This document shows, piece by piece, positions 21,841 to 33,654 of a stretch of DNA of 64,000 nucleotides; position 1 is the first letter of the stretch, and each line of letters begins with the position of its first letter. The stretch comes from Raillietiella orientalis. Taxonomy: Eukaryota. Location: positions 1,736,001-1,800,000 of the forward strand of contig JAYWIR010000006.1 of the NCBI GenBank assembly GCA_036172245.1, in the 5' to 3' direction. The notes under the pieces are model-generated. The model saw nothing but the letters and a program-made list of their open reading frames with translations, was not told the origin of the DNA and ran no database searches. Both the position numbers and the translations under genes were made by a program.

Positions 21841-22203
21841 CAGTAAAACCTCGGTACTCGACGGTGTCGGAGCTCGTCAAACTCAATACTCCTCGCATTT
21901 TGAAGAGGAAAAAAATGTTTCGATACTCGGTGCATGCTCGGAACTTGACACCCCACTTTCATGACGAAACAAGTGAACACTTTCCGCTCATGGCAGCTCG
22001 CGAACAGTGCCAAACACTTCCATGGAGTGCCTTCCGAATCGTTCCTTTTTGTATACTTTCTGCGCATTTTCAGCGTTAATCACGGGTCCTAAAATGGTTA
22101 AAATTACATCACGAAGGTTAGAAAGGAACTTGTTCGTGCTCGTTAGTTTCGGCACTCGTCACGAGTTCCGAACGAATTACCGACGAGTACCGAGGTACCA
22201 CTG
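21841..22203. mobile_element. Tc1/mariner (Tigger/pogo-type) MITE, 363 bp
   Basis: 24-bp TIRs: CAGTAAAACCTCGGTACTCGACGG versus reverse complement of the right end CAGTGGTACCTCGGTACTCGTCGG (4 mismatches). TA on both flanks (21839-21840, 22204-22205). Confidence 0.85.
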
Positions 22204-22219
22204 TACTTTTAACCAACAT

Positions 22220-23725
22220 GCTGTCCTTCCGTCCTTCCTCTCTTCAGGCAATCATGAGGTCGGTTCCAAGAACCCTCCGTCTACATCCTTGCTGGTTGAT
22301 GCCAGTTTTTGAACCTCGGAGTTGTGTCCATTCACATGAGGCTGTCCCAGTCTGTGGATCCAGTATGCTTCGCAGCCATATTGGATTCTGGAGGCAACCT
22401 TTTACAGGGCGCCTGCTTTGTCGAGGTACAACCGCAGGGTCTCGACTTCTCGCATCATCTCCTCAATTTGGGGATCAGATGGTCCTGGCGAGGCAACTGT
22501 TAGGGTTTGGAGGACCGTCTGAACATTCCTCGCTAACAGGGAGGCAGAGAGGCCTCCTTTCTTTCTCTGGCTCTTCGGAATGCGTCAGGGGCACTCTCAA
22601 AGGGGACAGACAGAGTCCAAGGTGACCATGACCCTGCTCTTGGGCAGTGCCAGATCCGGACGGGGACGATAATCCACTCCAGGGATGGGCGCATCGCAGG
22701 AGATCACTTCCCGGATCCCCTCCACCGCCATCTTCCACCAATGGAGCGGTGCGTCGGGTCGCCGAACATGCTGGAGGGCAAACAGCCCTCAAGCAGCGAT
22801 TCGGTACACGGGGCAGCGCCTCACCTCGAACCTGTCCTTCCTTGCCCCAGTGCTGCCCTCTCTGAGGGAAGCAAGGGATAGTGAAAATCCGGCAAGGCGA
22901 GAAGTCACCTGCTGCATCGCAGCAAGGAATAAACTGATAGTTGCGGAGACAAACTCGAGGAGTGACGGCCGCTGAGACCCCGAGTGCTCCACCCGAAGGA
23001 TTCTCGAGCTGGAGTGAACTGCTCGCAATCCTTCCAAAAAACCTGAAATGGTCCCCGGAGTGCTGAAACAGCGGCACCCTCCCCCTCAAGTGGAGGGAGT
23101 TGGTGGTGTTGCTGGTGCTGCATTAGGGAATCCCGCGCAAAGCGCGCCTACACCACTGGACCCGGGGAAAAGAGGTGGCAGGCACAGAATGCGGCGGGTG
23201 TGGGAATCGGGAGACCTTCTTGCACCTGGTTCTGGACTGCGATGCCCTCCGACCCCTTAGGGATCGCATAGAGACGGCTCTTGGAATCCCGAAGGGCGAC
23301 CCCAGGGACATCTTCAAACACCTCCTCGTGCGTGCCGCGCTGCCGCCACCAGCCGCGTCTCTCGCGGTTCCCTGCTGTCTTCGCGGGTCGGTGTCGGCCT
23401 GGAACGCTGCAAGAAGAGGTCAGAATGGAAGAGACGCCATCCGCTGGTCGGGAATCTTCGTGAAGACCTCTACGAGATCACTCCACCTGGGTAACATCCG
23501 GAACGAACTCGTCAACATCCTGAAGAGGATGCAGAGGGTGTCTATCAGGGAGCCAGATTGCTTCCTGAATCACCTCCCCTCCCTTGCCTCAAGAAATTCT
23601 CGCCGGTCTGCGCCCCACCGGCAACTCGGCCAGCTGCGTGCTTATTAGGACGTAACAGGACCGAGAGTCCCTCCTCAAAGACTTGTTGTTTCATATATAG
23701 ATGCCCCTGCACATCCGGGTGGAGA
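22220..23725 (+). mobile_element. 5'-truncated L1/Tx1-like ORF2 C-terminal fragment
   Basis: CGGCGNRETFLHLVLDCDALRPLRDRIETALG (zf-RVT). Degenerate 3' hairpin at 23701-23722. Confidence 0.75.
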
Positions 23726-25105
23726 ACATCAGCGCCCTCCGCAGCTTTGGCCCTGTTCGTGACGTGCGGTCTCCTCCTCCCCGTCCCTTCCCCGGCTAGA
23801 ACGACGCCATGCCGGGCAGCACGCGGGTGAATCTTGAGGAACAGGTGCGCCTCCTGCACTGAGGGAGCCGCTGGAGCTCCCGTGCGGTCCGACGTACGAA
23901 GTGGCTTCCTTCTTGTCTCTGCGACTTATCCTATCCAAGGCGCCATCACCGAGCCCAATCTGCGATAAAGATTGAGGACGCCTGGGATGCGGACTTCCTC
24001 CTCGTCGGATGCATCGCCTGCTGCGGCGGCGGCCTGAACCTCTCCGCAGGAAAGCGTCGGTTCCACGAGCAGTGGAGGGCGCCTTTCCTGATGATCTGCC
24101 CCCACACCCTTCGCGGGTCCACACCGACTCCCCGGGAGCTTTCCCGAAATTTCCCTAGACGGTAAGGGGGTGGTGGTGAGGGGGGATGGAAATTAACCCG
24201 ATCCACATCCGCCACAGGCGAGGTACCCATCCTCCTCCTCTTGACCGTTTGACGGAGAGCTGAGCCAGCGAGCACGAGCAACACCGCATCCAAGGAGCGG
24301 GGAAGTTTGGAGCAGCCGCCCGCCACTAGTGCATCTTCCGCCCCCTCCCGAACCATCCACGAAACCGCCCAGGAGCCCCTCTGGACGTTCTCCGAATAAT
24401 ACATATATCTATATATATCTGTGTGTGTGTGTGTGTGTAGGCCACACATGATTTTGAACCGGACCTCCTTTTGGTGTGCCTGGGTTTCGTGGATGGTCAG
24501 GGATGAGGAGTAGGCGCCAGCGGCGGTCGGCTGCTCCAAACTTCTCAGCTCTCCGTCAAACGGTGCTGGGACAGAAAAAGGCTTTCAGTTTTTTCCTCAG
24601 GAGTCGAGATGCGCGTCCTCCCTGGTCATGATCGCGCCCCTGGTGCCAATCGAACGAAAGCAGCTCAGGTCCGGATGGCACGCGAAGACATCGCCTTCCT
24701 CCAAGCGCGAGGCAGACGCCTTGCGTGGCTGATGCAGAAGGCAGACGATTCCGTTGGCACGTGTCAGAGGAGTGCCGCGTGGCACGCCCACGGAGTTGAC
24801 AGAGAGAGGTGGCATGGCGGCGTAAACTTCCTAGAAGTGCAATCTTTTAGATACCTTGCTAGGTGAATCCACGCGCGTCTCCAGGTGGCCAGCACACACC
24901 AGAATCCCTGAAGGTGGCTCCTATTCTCTCTATGCAAGTGATAAAAAGTAAAGCACTTGGGGAGCTTTCTTGCTTAATGCCCCCCTCCCCCCCCTTCAAA
25001 CTCCATATCTCTGGTCCAAGTGGGCCAAAGTGGTTGCGCTATCGTATAGATCATCAGCTAAGAGCAAACATTCTGCACCAGCTTGAACCGATAACGGCGC
25101 AGCCT

Positions 25106-25702
25106 TTATGGCGTGACGCCAGTCGATCCCGAATGTATGCTCAGCGTCCATGGAAACCGCACATATGCTTGGACCACCGTTTGAAGTCGTCCAAGCACAC
25201 TTGGAAGGCGGGATTCGTCTGGATTCCCGTCTAAGGGGAGAAGTCCCTTTTGGTGGGTCAAGCTATCCCATTCTCTGTTATCCAGAGTCTCAATCGCGGA
25301 AACACTTGGTGTATGGACTGTGCGTACCGCTTCCTGCTGCGATTGGTCTCCACCGGCTGTCAAAGGACGGCGGCAAGATTTTGGAAGCGAAACAGTCTCG
25401 GAGAGCTTCCTCCGTGAAAAAGTCTTCCGTCTCTCGTGGCACACACTGAATACTGTTGTGAGTACCTTTTCTTCGGGATCTACAGGTCTCCGTCCCGAAT
25501 TTGTGATGCCATTCACTCCTGGCTTCGAATCCTCAGCATTTCTCAGTATCTTTTCACTTCCTCGGCTGTGATGGAGATCGACTGGAGAGATGCTGGATTG
25601 CTGGTCAGCAGCAACGTTCATTGTCAGGGAGACATCAATCCGAGCCGCATTCTCGTAAACAGCGTCCGCGCACGGTCCAACATCCAACACAGACGAAACC
25701 AT
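25106..25702 (-). CDS. Candidate orphan coding exon (198 aa from Met 25702), possibly an upstream exon of the Ajuba gene
   Basis: Part of a stop-free 330-codon frame in non-repetitive DNA. Composition resembles a disordered protein (MVSSVLDVGPCADAVYENAARIDV...). Same strand as jub. No recognised domain. Confidence 0.3.
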   Translation of the reverse strand: MVSSVLDVGPCADAVYENAARIDVSLTMNVAADQQSSISPVDLHHSRGSEKILRNAEDSKPGVNGITNSGRRPVDPEEKVLTTVFSVCHERRKTFSRRKLSETVSLPKSCRRPLTAGGDQSQQEAVRTVHTPSVSAIETLDNREWDSLTHQKGLLPLDGNPDESRLPSVLGRLQTVVQAYVRFPWTLSIHSGSTGVTP

Positions 25703-28513
25703 TGCCGGATGCCGTGGACAGGAAGTCCTCCAAACGAGCGAGCCCAATCGAAGTCGAGCGAGTCGAATCTCCAGAGGAAGACCACCACCACCACCTTCTG
25801 ACCCCGAACGACCCGGAAAAGCCAGCAGGAAGGCTTCGTAGATGCAGCAGCAGAGATCGCAGGTGCTGAGCGCAAGGTTTGAATCACAGAACGGTGGAGT
25901 CAGGCAAAGTCTTCGCCTCAACGAACCATTCCGCCAGCAAATACGCCTAGTGTTCAGGGAACCCCCGACACCAAAGTGCGAGAATATGGAAGGATCTCGG
26001 AACACATTCGTGTCAAAACATCCAATGAAAGTACGTCTCAGGACGTCGAACAAACGACCTACTTCCCCTGAAAGGAAACGGAAACGCCATGCAAGCATTT
26101 CCGTCAGCTCTTTACCGTCTACCTACAAAGAGTGGTATTTTTTTCTCCTCATCATTACTTCACAGGACCTAAGCAACAAAGCCGCATGCCCAACACTCAA
26201 GGAGGAATCTGCACCGATCAGCCAAACTTAAAGAAGAAAATATTTTTTTTCCTTCCATTTCATAGATTCTGGAGTAGGCTTGGCACAGACGGATTCCTTT
26301 CCGCAGCATCCTATCTGAAGAACAATTCGTCATTCCGTCAGGAGTGTCAGATAAGTGAATCATGAATAATAACAAATAAGAGCACACGCACTGCGTAATA
26401 GGGAAGGAAAACAAGCAACCAAACCAACGCACACGCAAAAAATACCCCTGCAATTCGTTTTCTCCTTAATTTTAGTTGACAGCCAAATAATCGCGCCCAA
26501 ATGCATTCGCCAATTCCCTCTACCGAGAATATCGCAAAGCAGTCAGCCTCTCTTGACGGAAGCTGCAAGCAAGGACCCGGAAGTCCTCGAGTCGTGAACC
26601 TGGCTGCAGGGAACGCTGCATGGCATCCCAGCCGAAAAGCATTAGTGATGCTGTCCGCCCATGTGAAGGCGGCGCTGGCCGGAAAGTGCAGCAAGGGCTG
26701 CTGCTGCAGACGAACTGTGGACTTTGGACTCAAAGGAAGCTCGTAAAGGGAAGTTTCTCCCCATTCTGGCGGGAAGCCGAAGCGATTCCATCGCAGGGGG
26801 TCCATCCATTATTCCATAATTCTCCAAGGAAAAATGATCCCTTGCTTTCACAAATCACCACGGATAGTTCCAGATAGCTTAGTGTGGTTGGCAACACTGA
26901 GTGGGGTTACCCTCCCCTCCCCCGTATGAGAAATTTCATTTCTGAATTTGCTCGATGCGAATGTCGTCCATTTCAAAGGCTACTTGACACACACACACAC
27001 ACACATATACACGCAAAAATCCGTTTTTACATCCACGTGCCTGGTCATAACTCGGTAGGAATTTTCAAGATAATCATCGTGGATGACGTTTCAAGCTGAT
27101 TCGCGGTGGAAGAAACGGCCTTTGGCTGATGGGCGCTCGAAAGGCTAACATGAAAAAGCACACCCTACGTGTTTACAAAGGAAAAAGGGACAGCGAAACC
27201 TGAAGGTTTCCGTTAACACGATAAAGGAAACTGATGGGAGAATCTTCCCATCAATTCAGCTCATCAGAGTTCTGCTAGCAACTTTTATATTAAGGTAGAA
27301 GTCGACTTGTTTCTGGCGGAGCAAGGGTCAAAAAAGTGCCCTGAGATGCCATCGGATTTGGGGCCCAAAACACAATGCCGTTGGGGGTGATTTCAGACGT
27401 GCACATTTTTCAATTCATTCCAACTACTTAACAAAACACCACTCTCATTCGAAAGCAGATGCGTAACCCTTGACAACGAAAACTAGCCATGGAAATTTGG
27501 ATGCTTGCGGAAGATTTCGCTATCGAAACTGTCCAAAGAAGTTGGCCTAAAAAAAACATACACACACAATCAATTCAGTGGATGCAAATGCTTCGTGGTC
27601 CGATCGCGTCTGTCCACTGCCCAAGAGCTTTCATGGCTTGCCCTCTCCGCGTTTTGCCCGAAAAAGGAAATTCCTTTTCGCTTCGAACGCTTTTCTTGCA
27701 ACACTCATCTCCAAAGGAAAGTTTCTTCCGATTGATGTGCAATGAAACACTTGGAAAGCACTGCTGCAATTTTCGTTCTCCGATGCTCTCTCTCTACTCT
27801 CTGGCAACTGATCTTCGGGATTCTTCGCCACTTCCGGGAACGCATCCACTGACACACACAGGCAAGGTGTGTCGAGAGCCGGAGATCTTCAGCAACCGGC
27901 AGTTGGGAGGAAATTCGAAGTTTTAACCGATATCGTGAACGGGAGGAACACTCTGAACACAGTCACAAGGAAAAACACTCAGCTTATTTGTGCAGCGGAT
28001 ATAAAAAGTGCTTAAGGAAAACTTTGATTCTAGATTCCAGCCCTTGGCTCGGTACAAAAGGACTACATCACGTGAGCGGTACACCACCCCTTAAACAACA
28101 CGCACCTACTGGCGTCCTACACAAATCGAAGCACGAGCGCATCAAATGTCCCAAACAGCAAGTACCTATTTCACTTCAGACCAACTCCCCGTTTTCAGTC
28201 ATGGCTAACCCAAACAACGCTACGTTTTATTCAGAAAAGGCACACGGTTCATTGACAACTGGGCCATCGAAGAAACGCCGAATCTGCAAGTGTGGATCAC
28301 AGGCCAATGCGTCTTAGGCGTCACAGTGCAAGAAGCGCCTTCTTGAGAACTGAACACCCGCGAAGGTGGCTACCCGAAAGTTCGCCTCCTGAAAAGGCCC
28401 AAGAAACAGACACCGCTGACAACTGGCACCATCTAAAAAACGACACATCAGAATACATTTATCATTGGAAGAAAGGAGGGCACCAAGCCATGGGCATATG
28501 GAGCTACAGAAGA

Positions 28514-29134
28514 CGATCCGCCGCGGGTTCGAATACTCCGAAATGAATCGACGCGGTGCGTCGTGGGTTGGAGTCCCTCCCGCGAGATGACGCTGTTGGT
28601 CTCTGTTCGGGTGGGGCATGGTAGCGGTTAGAAGCAGATGCCCCTGACGAGTGGCAGGGATTGGGAGTCGACGCCAGGGTCCTTCCAGGAATCAAGGAGT
28701 GGGAGCTCCCCTCCGGTGGTGAAGGAGCAGGCTCCCCGTTCCGGAAGGGACCGTCCGCGTCGTACGGATGGAGTAGGTGTGTCGCCACCCACCTCTCCAG
28801 AGAGTGCAGAGAAGCGAGACGCTCCCTCCGGGGAAGCAGCGCCCTTCTGAATTTCGGAAGCGTGGTTTTCTTCAGAGGAGGAAACAGGGAGCGGATCCCT
28901 TGCGGGTTCCCTTCGGAGAAGAAAAAGTGGTGCGGACCCCTCCGGAGAGATTAAGGAAAGAGAATCCCTTCGGAGACAACGAGGGTGGAGGTGATTTCCA
29001 TTCCGGGGATACCTCCCCAGGCGTGAGAGGAACGGATTCTGATCCCTTCCTGGATTCATAGGGCATAATGCCTCCCGGGGCATCCCCCCATCTTCAATAG
29101 TCACACGCACCCTCGGGTGGCGTGGAACCGTGTC
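28514..29134 (+). mobile_element. tRNA-derived SINE-like element, flanked by 16-bp direct repeat
   Basis: B-box GGGTTCGAATAC at 28525-28536. ATGGAGCTACAGAAGA occurs at both 28498-28513 and 29135-29150. Homologous to five other copies in the window. Confidence 0.75.
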
Positions 29135-30559
29135 ATGGAGCTACAGAAGAAATCAGGACAGATACCGAACTACCACAAGGAAACTTAAAAGGAAAAAAAG
29201 ACAGAAAAAAAAAGACCGTATTGAGTTGCACTCTACTGCTTGAATGCTATCCTAGACAGAAACTTTGGCACCCTCACTTATCCTGAACCCATGCGTGGGG
29301 AGCAGGATGGAATCTTTCGATGGAATAGGTGCATGCACTGGACACAGTCAGTCATAGTCCAGAGAACTGTAAATTTTACCAGGGCGTGCAATACAAAAAA
29401 AAACCACCCCACTGATGCCCGGAAACTCTGACACAAGCAAAATCTTCGGCCATCGAAAGATGGTGATCGCTGACTTGGCGCGGCCGCTACAGTGCGGTGC
29501 GAGTCCGTCTACGACGGTACCTTCGACTCTGTGGAATGCGTCGGAACCACGAAAACATCCCCAAGTACACGTGTTCTTTCCCCGGTCAGCTGGTCTTCCC
29601 AGGTCATCAGAAACAGCTGGGGCAAAACTCGCAACGTACTGTTACCTCAGGAGTTTCCGGTGATAAAAAATGAAAGGGAAAAAACATTACCAACGGACGG
29701 AAAGGAAGTCCGTGGGGAAAACGCCCAACCGAAAGCAAAGAACACAGAAATTCCGAAGCGGTCGACGACGAGAATCGAACGAAATGCCAGGGTTTCGTGG
29801 GGATCGCTGCCCCCAAATCGCCGAAGACAACTCCGGACATGCTTGAACAAGGAAGGTTTGGATGATTCCACCCCCAACTCTCATGTGGTCCACTGTGGAA
29901 AATTCCCGAAAGATTACCTTTTTTTCTTTTCCAGACTCGAATTAAGGAAGCCAAAGCGAAGGACGTCGTGTCAGCCTAAAAGCATGAATTCCATGTAGAG
30001 GATGGAACTGCACTGCATAATAAGCTTTTCAAGAAGGCGAATCGCTCAAAGCAATGCTCTCAGATTCGCTCCCGCCGTGCCACGTCCGAACCGATCCAGC
30101 CACGCGCGCTTCCCCAATGTATTTCATCGATCTCATATCCTGATTGCTTCCGTCCTGCCTTTTAAAGGAACACTCATAATGCAGTGGACTCGGTAATAAC
30201 AATAATAATAATAGTAATGATAAAAACGTTTGCAGCGAAGTGCTGAATTCATGAACTTTGCTCCACGTGCTTTTCAACGCAAGGAGCTTTCGATGCATGG
30301 CCACAGTTTAAGGATCGCCTCGGAGGCAAAAGACTTGAAAGAAAAGCACCCGGAAGTCTGGAGATCTTGCTTTCTTCTTCCGACAAGACGATGAGGGAAA
30401 GTCATGCAAGGTTTCCTTTTCCTATGCGATTCACACGTTTCCCGGATCACCTCGATGTGCGTTGCCAAGGACCTTTTTTTTTTTATTTATTCCTTTTTTA
30501 TTGAAACGGGCCAGTAGCGACTTCACGGGAAGATCGTTACTACTGTCACGGGATAGTGG

Positions 30560-31420
30560 AATTTTTTTTGGGCTCTCCCGTTTCGCTGTTTTCTTCCTGT
30601 TATTATTATTATTATTTTTTTGGGGTTTTATCTTTGCTTTTTTGGTTTCGTTAAGAAGTCGGGAACCGTCCGCCTAGGGGCCCACGAAGCTCTTGCACAC
30701 TGTTCCACGCCACCCGAGGGTGCGTGCCAACTCTTCAAGTTAGGGGGTATTCAGGAGCTGGATGGATTTCCTGTATTCCCAGGGGGGACCACCCTAGGAA
30801 TCCAGGAAGGCCCGGAAGAAGGAGTCCTTTCCTTTTACGCTTGGAAGGGAATCCTCGCTCTGGTTGTGTCCGACGGGAACCTCTTCCTGATTCTGCCCGT
30901 AGGGACTCCCGGAGGGGGCCAGTCCTCATTTCTTCACCGAAGGGAACCCGGAAAGGATCCACTCCTGGAATTTCTTCTCCGGAGGGAATCGCTCCTTGCT
31001 TTCTCCCCCTCTGGAGACAACCCCGAAGGGACGTTTCCAGATTTCCCTGAAGAGCCGCTCCTCTAACGGAGCAGCGCGCTTCTGACGCTCTGGAGTGGTA
31101 CCAACCACCTTTACAGAATGTCCCCCGAGGGAAGGGGAGGGACGGCTCCACGTTCACCACCGAAGGGAAACCCTGAAGGGAACTGACTGCTTGATTCCTG
31201 GCAGGGCCCCGTGGGTCGAATTCCAATCCCGGCCGCTGAACGGAGACATCCGGTTTCCGAATCCCACCAGTGCCGCGCCCGGATAGGCCAACCAGCGCCA
31301 TCTTGCAGGGGGACTCGAAACCCACGGTGCACCCATTCCTCGGCGTCGATTCTTCCCCGGGCGGGATTCACGCTCGCAACGCTTCGTGCCACGCGCGAAG
31401 ACCGCAGCTACACGGACGCC
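30560..31420 (-). mobile_element. SINE-like element copy
   Basis: Shares the head, the CCCTTCGGAGA-type body modules and the CACGCACCCTCGGGTGGCGTGGAAC segment with the 28.5 kb copy, in opposite orientation. Confidence 0.7.
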
Positions 31421-33654
31421 CAGCGCGGGCTTTTCAGAAGGAGAGCCGGAAGGATTTCCTCGAATTTTCTTTCGCTTCATCATTAGGCTTCCTTTTAAAG
31501 GCTACAAATAATTTCGTGATGCTGCTGACGCTTCGTTCCTCATGAATTTCGTATTCATGAGCACTGTCTCGTGGAGATGCGCGCCGTGCTGATACGTGTA
31601 TTCTAAATGGTGGGTGCTTACAGGAGACAAGAAAAGGGAAGACAAAGCTCACGCGTATCAACGACGCTTCGTGATCATCTGAACGCATTTCCGGGACTGA
31701 TCTGTGACACATGGCAACCACAAAACTCACTTCCAAGAACCCGGAAGCTCATTTTAGGCAGGTGAGGGCTGCTGCCGAGATTGAAATGGTGAATACAACC
31801 GAAACCAGCTATGCTGCCGCAGACTTATTGTATGGACTTTTGCCTATTTTCGATTCTCTCCAGCACTCTAAACACACCTCGGGTCCCCGAATCTTTCTTT
31901 TAAAAGGTCGCTACCCAACCCTACCCAACATTTCAAGTGTTCCACATGTTCTCATAATTCAATCGCAACACTACTTTCGAATTTCCAGCTCATCAATCGA
32001 GGATGAACCACGAGCTCCACGAGTCCCCCCCCCCATTCTGCGGAACTCGGAAAAAAGGGTTCATCCCCGTTCTCTCTCGAGTTCCGAGATCCGTTTCCAA
32101 GGCTGCGCATTGGATGCATTTTGACATGCAAACGGTTCTGCCATCATCAGCTCCGAAGCCAAGACCCACATCGTGCTACTCGACTCCCCGCTCGACTTTT
32201 GTGCCACCTGACTCTGAGCCGGAATCCTCCCACAACGCATCAGCAGCAGCACCGAAGGGCGTGCTGGGAATCACCGACGGGCAGAAGCCGTTTGTGAAAC
32301 CGCTCCGCAAGATTACGGCATGTTTACGATTCGGGTCGGTCCGCTTGCGCACAAGACTTTCGGCGAACGGCGACGGAATCCGAGTTTCAGCAGTTACGAC
32401 GCTGAAACACAAAGCCCTAACGCAACCAAAAGGGCACTCTCGCTCTCTCGTGCCCTTTCAACGGGAATCACAGGCGCGCTCAATCAATACGGGAACTGCC
32501 AAGATCCTTCCTGTGCCCGCTCCAAGGGCTAAACTTAGGATGGGCTTTGGAGACATTCACAGAAGCAACAGATGGAAAAAAGCAATGAATTTCGCCGTGG
32601 TGCTTTTTCCAAGTACGCGACGGGTTTCAAGTGCATTTTTTTTTTTTCCTTTCGAATCCGAATTCACCGGGTGCACAACCGTACCCACAACTGCTCCGTG
32701 CGCTTTGCCCCGTTTAACCCACTGCTATCGGCTTGCACCAGTAACAGAAGTCTTTTTGCGTAAACCTTTTATTTCGCTCCGATGACGGGGCAAGGAGACA
32801 AACAACATTCACTTCATTTGAAAGTCAAATTTGCACCGTGTGTCTCACTTGCTGATGCACAATAACACACCATTCACAGCAAAGTGTACATTGGAAATTA
32901 CCCTTGCTTTTAACTATTGAGAAGATCTTAAAACTGATGCCAGCTGAATCCTGGAAATCTCTTTACACTGTTCAATCAAGCGGGAATGCAACAGATCCCA
33001 ATTAAGGTTTTCCGTTCGTCAGACAACTATCATTTAGAATTCTTGCTTCATTGTATGAGGACGCCAACATTCAACTGCAAAATGTTAAAATCGAGAACTT
33101 TTCTTTGCTATAAATAAATAATCCAATTCTAATGCTGAACATGTAGCCAACTAAAACACATGCTATTTGTACCAGTCCATTTAGACAATGGAGAGAACTG
33201 GGTACTCGTTTTCAAATAAGATGTGTTTCACTTGCATTCTTACCGTTTTAACAAAACTGTTACATTCTTTTAGTTGAAAAGATGTCACTCGATTCACCCA
33301 TTTTATGAGAAAAACAAATACGGGCTTACTAAAATAATCTTAGATAAAATACTAATGCTACGAAAGATTTATTGTATCCCAGCAATGAATATCAACAATT
33401 GCTGGAAAAAAAAAAAAAAAAAAAAAAAAAATGGAACAAAATAACAAAAAAATGGATTTTGAGCCTTGGTTTGCATTGTAGATTTTACAGGAAGTAAACA
33501 GTGCATTTCTTAAGCACTACTCCCTCTTAACTATGAAGAAAAATGCAACAAGAAACAAATGACAGGGTGCCTCTTAGCTGCCCATTCAATTCAATAGAAC
33601 ATCAAATACTGTGAGAATGTTAATGACTCAATATTTGTAGACCAGCTGTTTGAC

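Noticed and set aside
28640..28680. Hammerhead ribozyme / retrozyme (CTGACGA in the SINE)
   Set aside because: No stem II followed by GAAA, and the motif is not conserved in other copies. Other CTGATGA hits (e.g. 40448, 54869) also lack the core.
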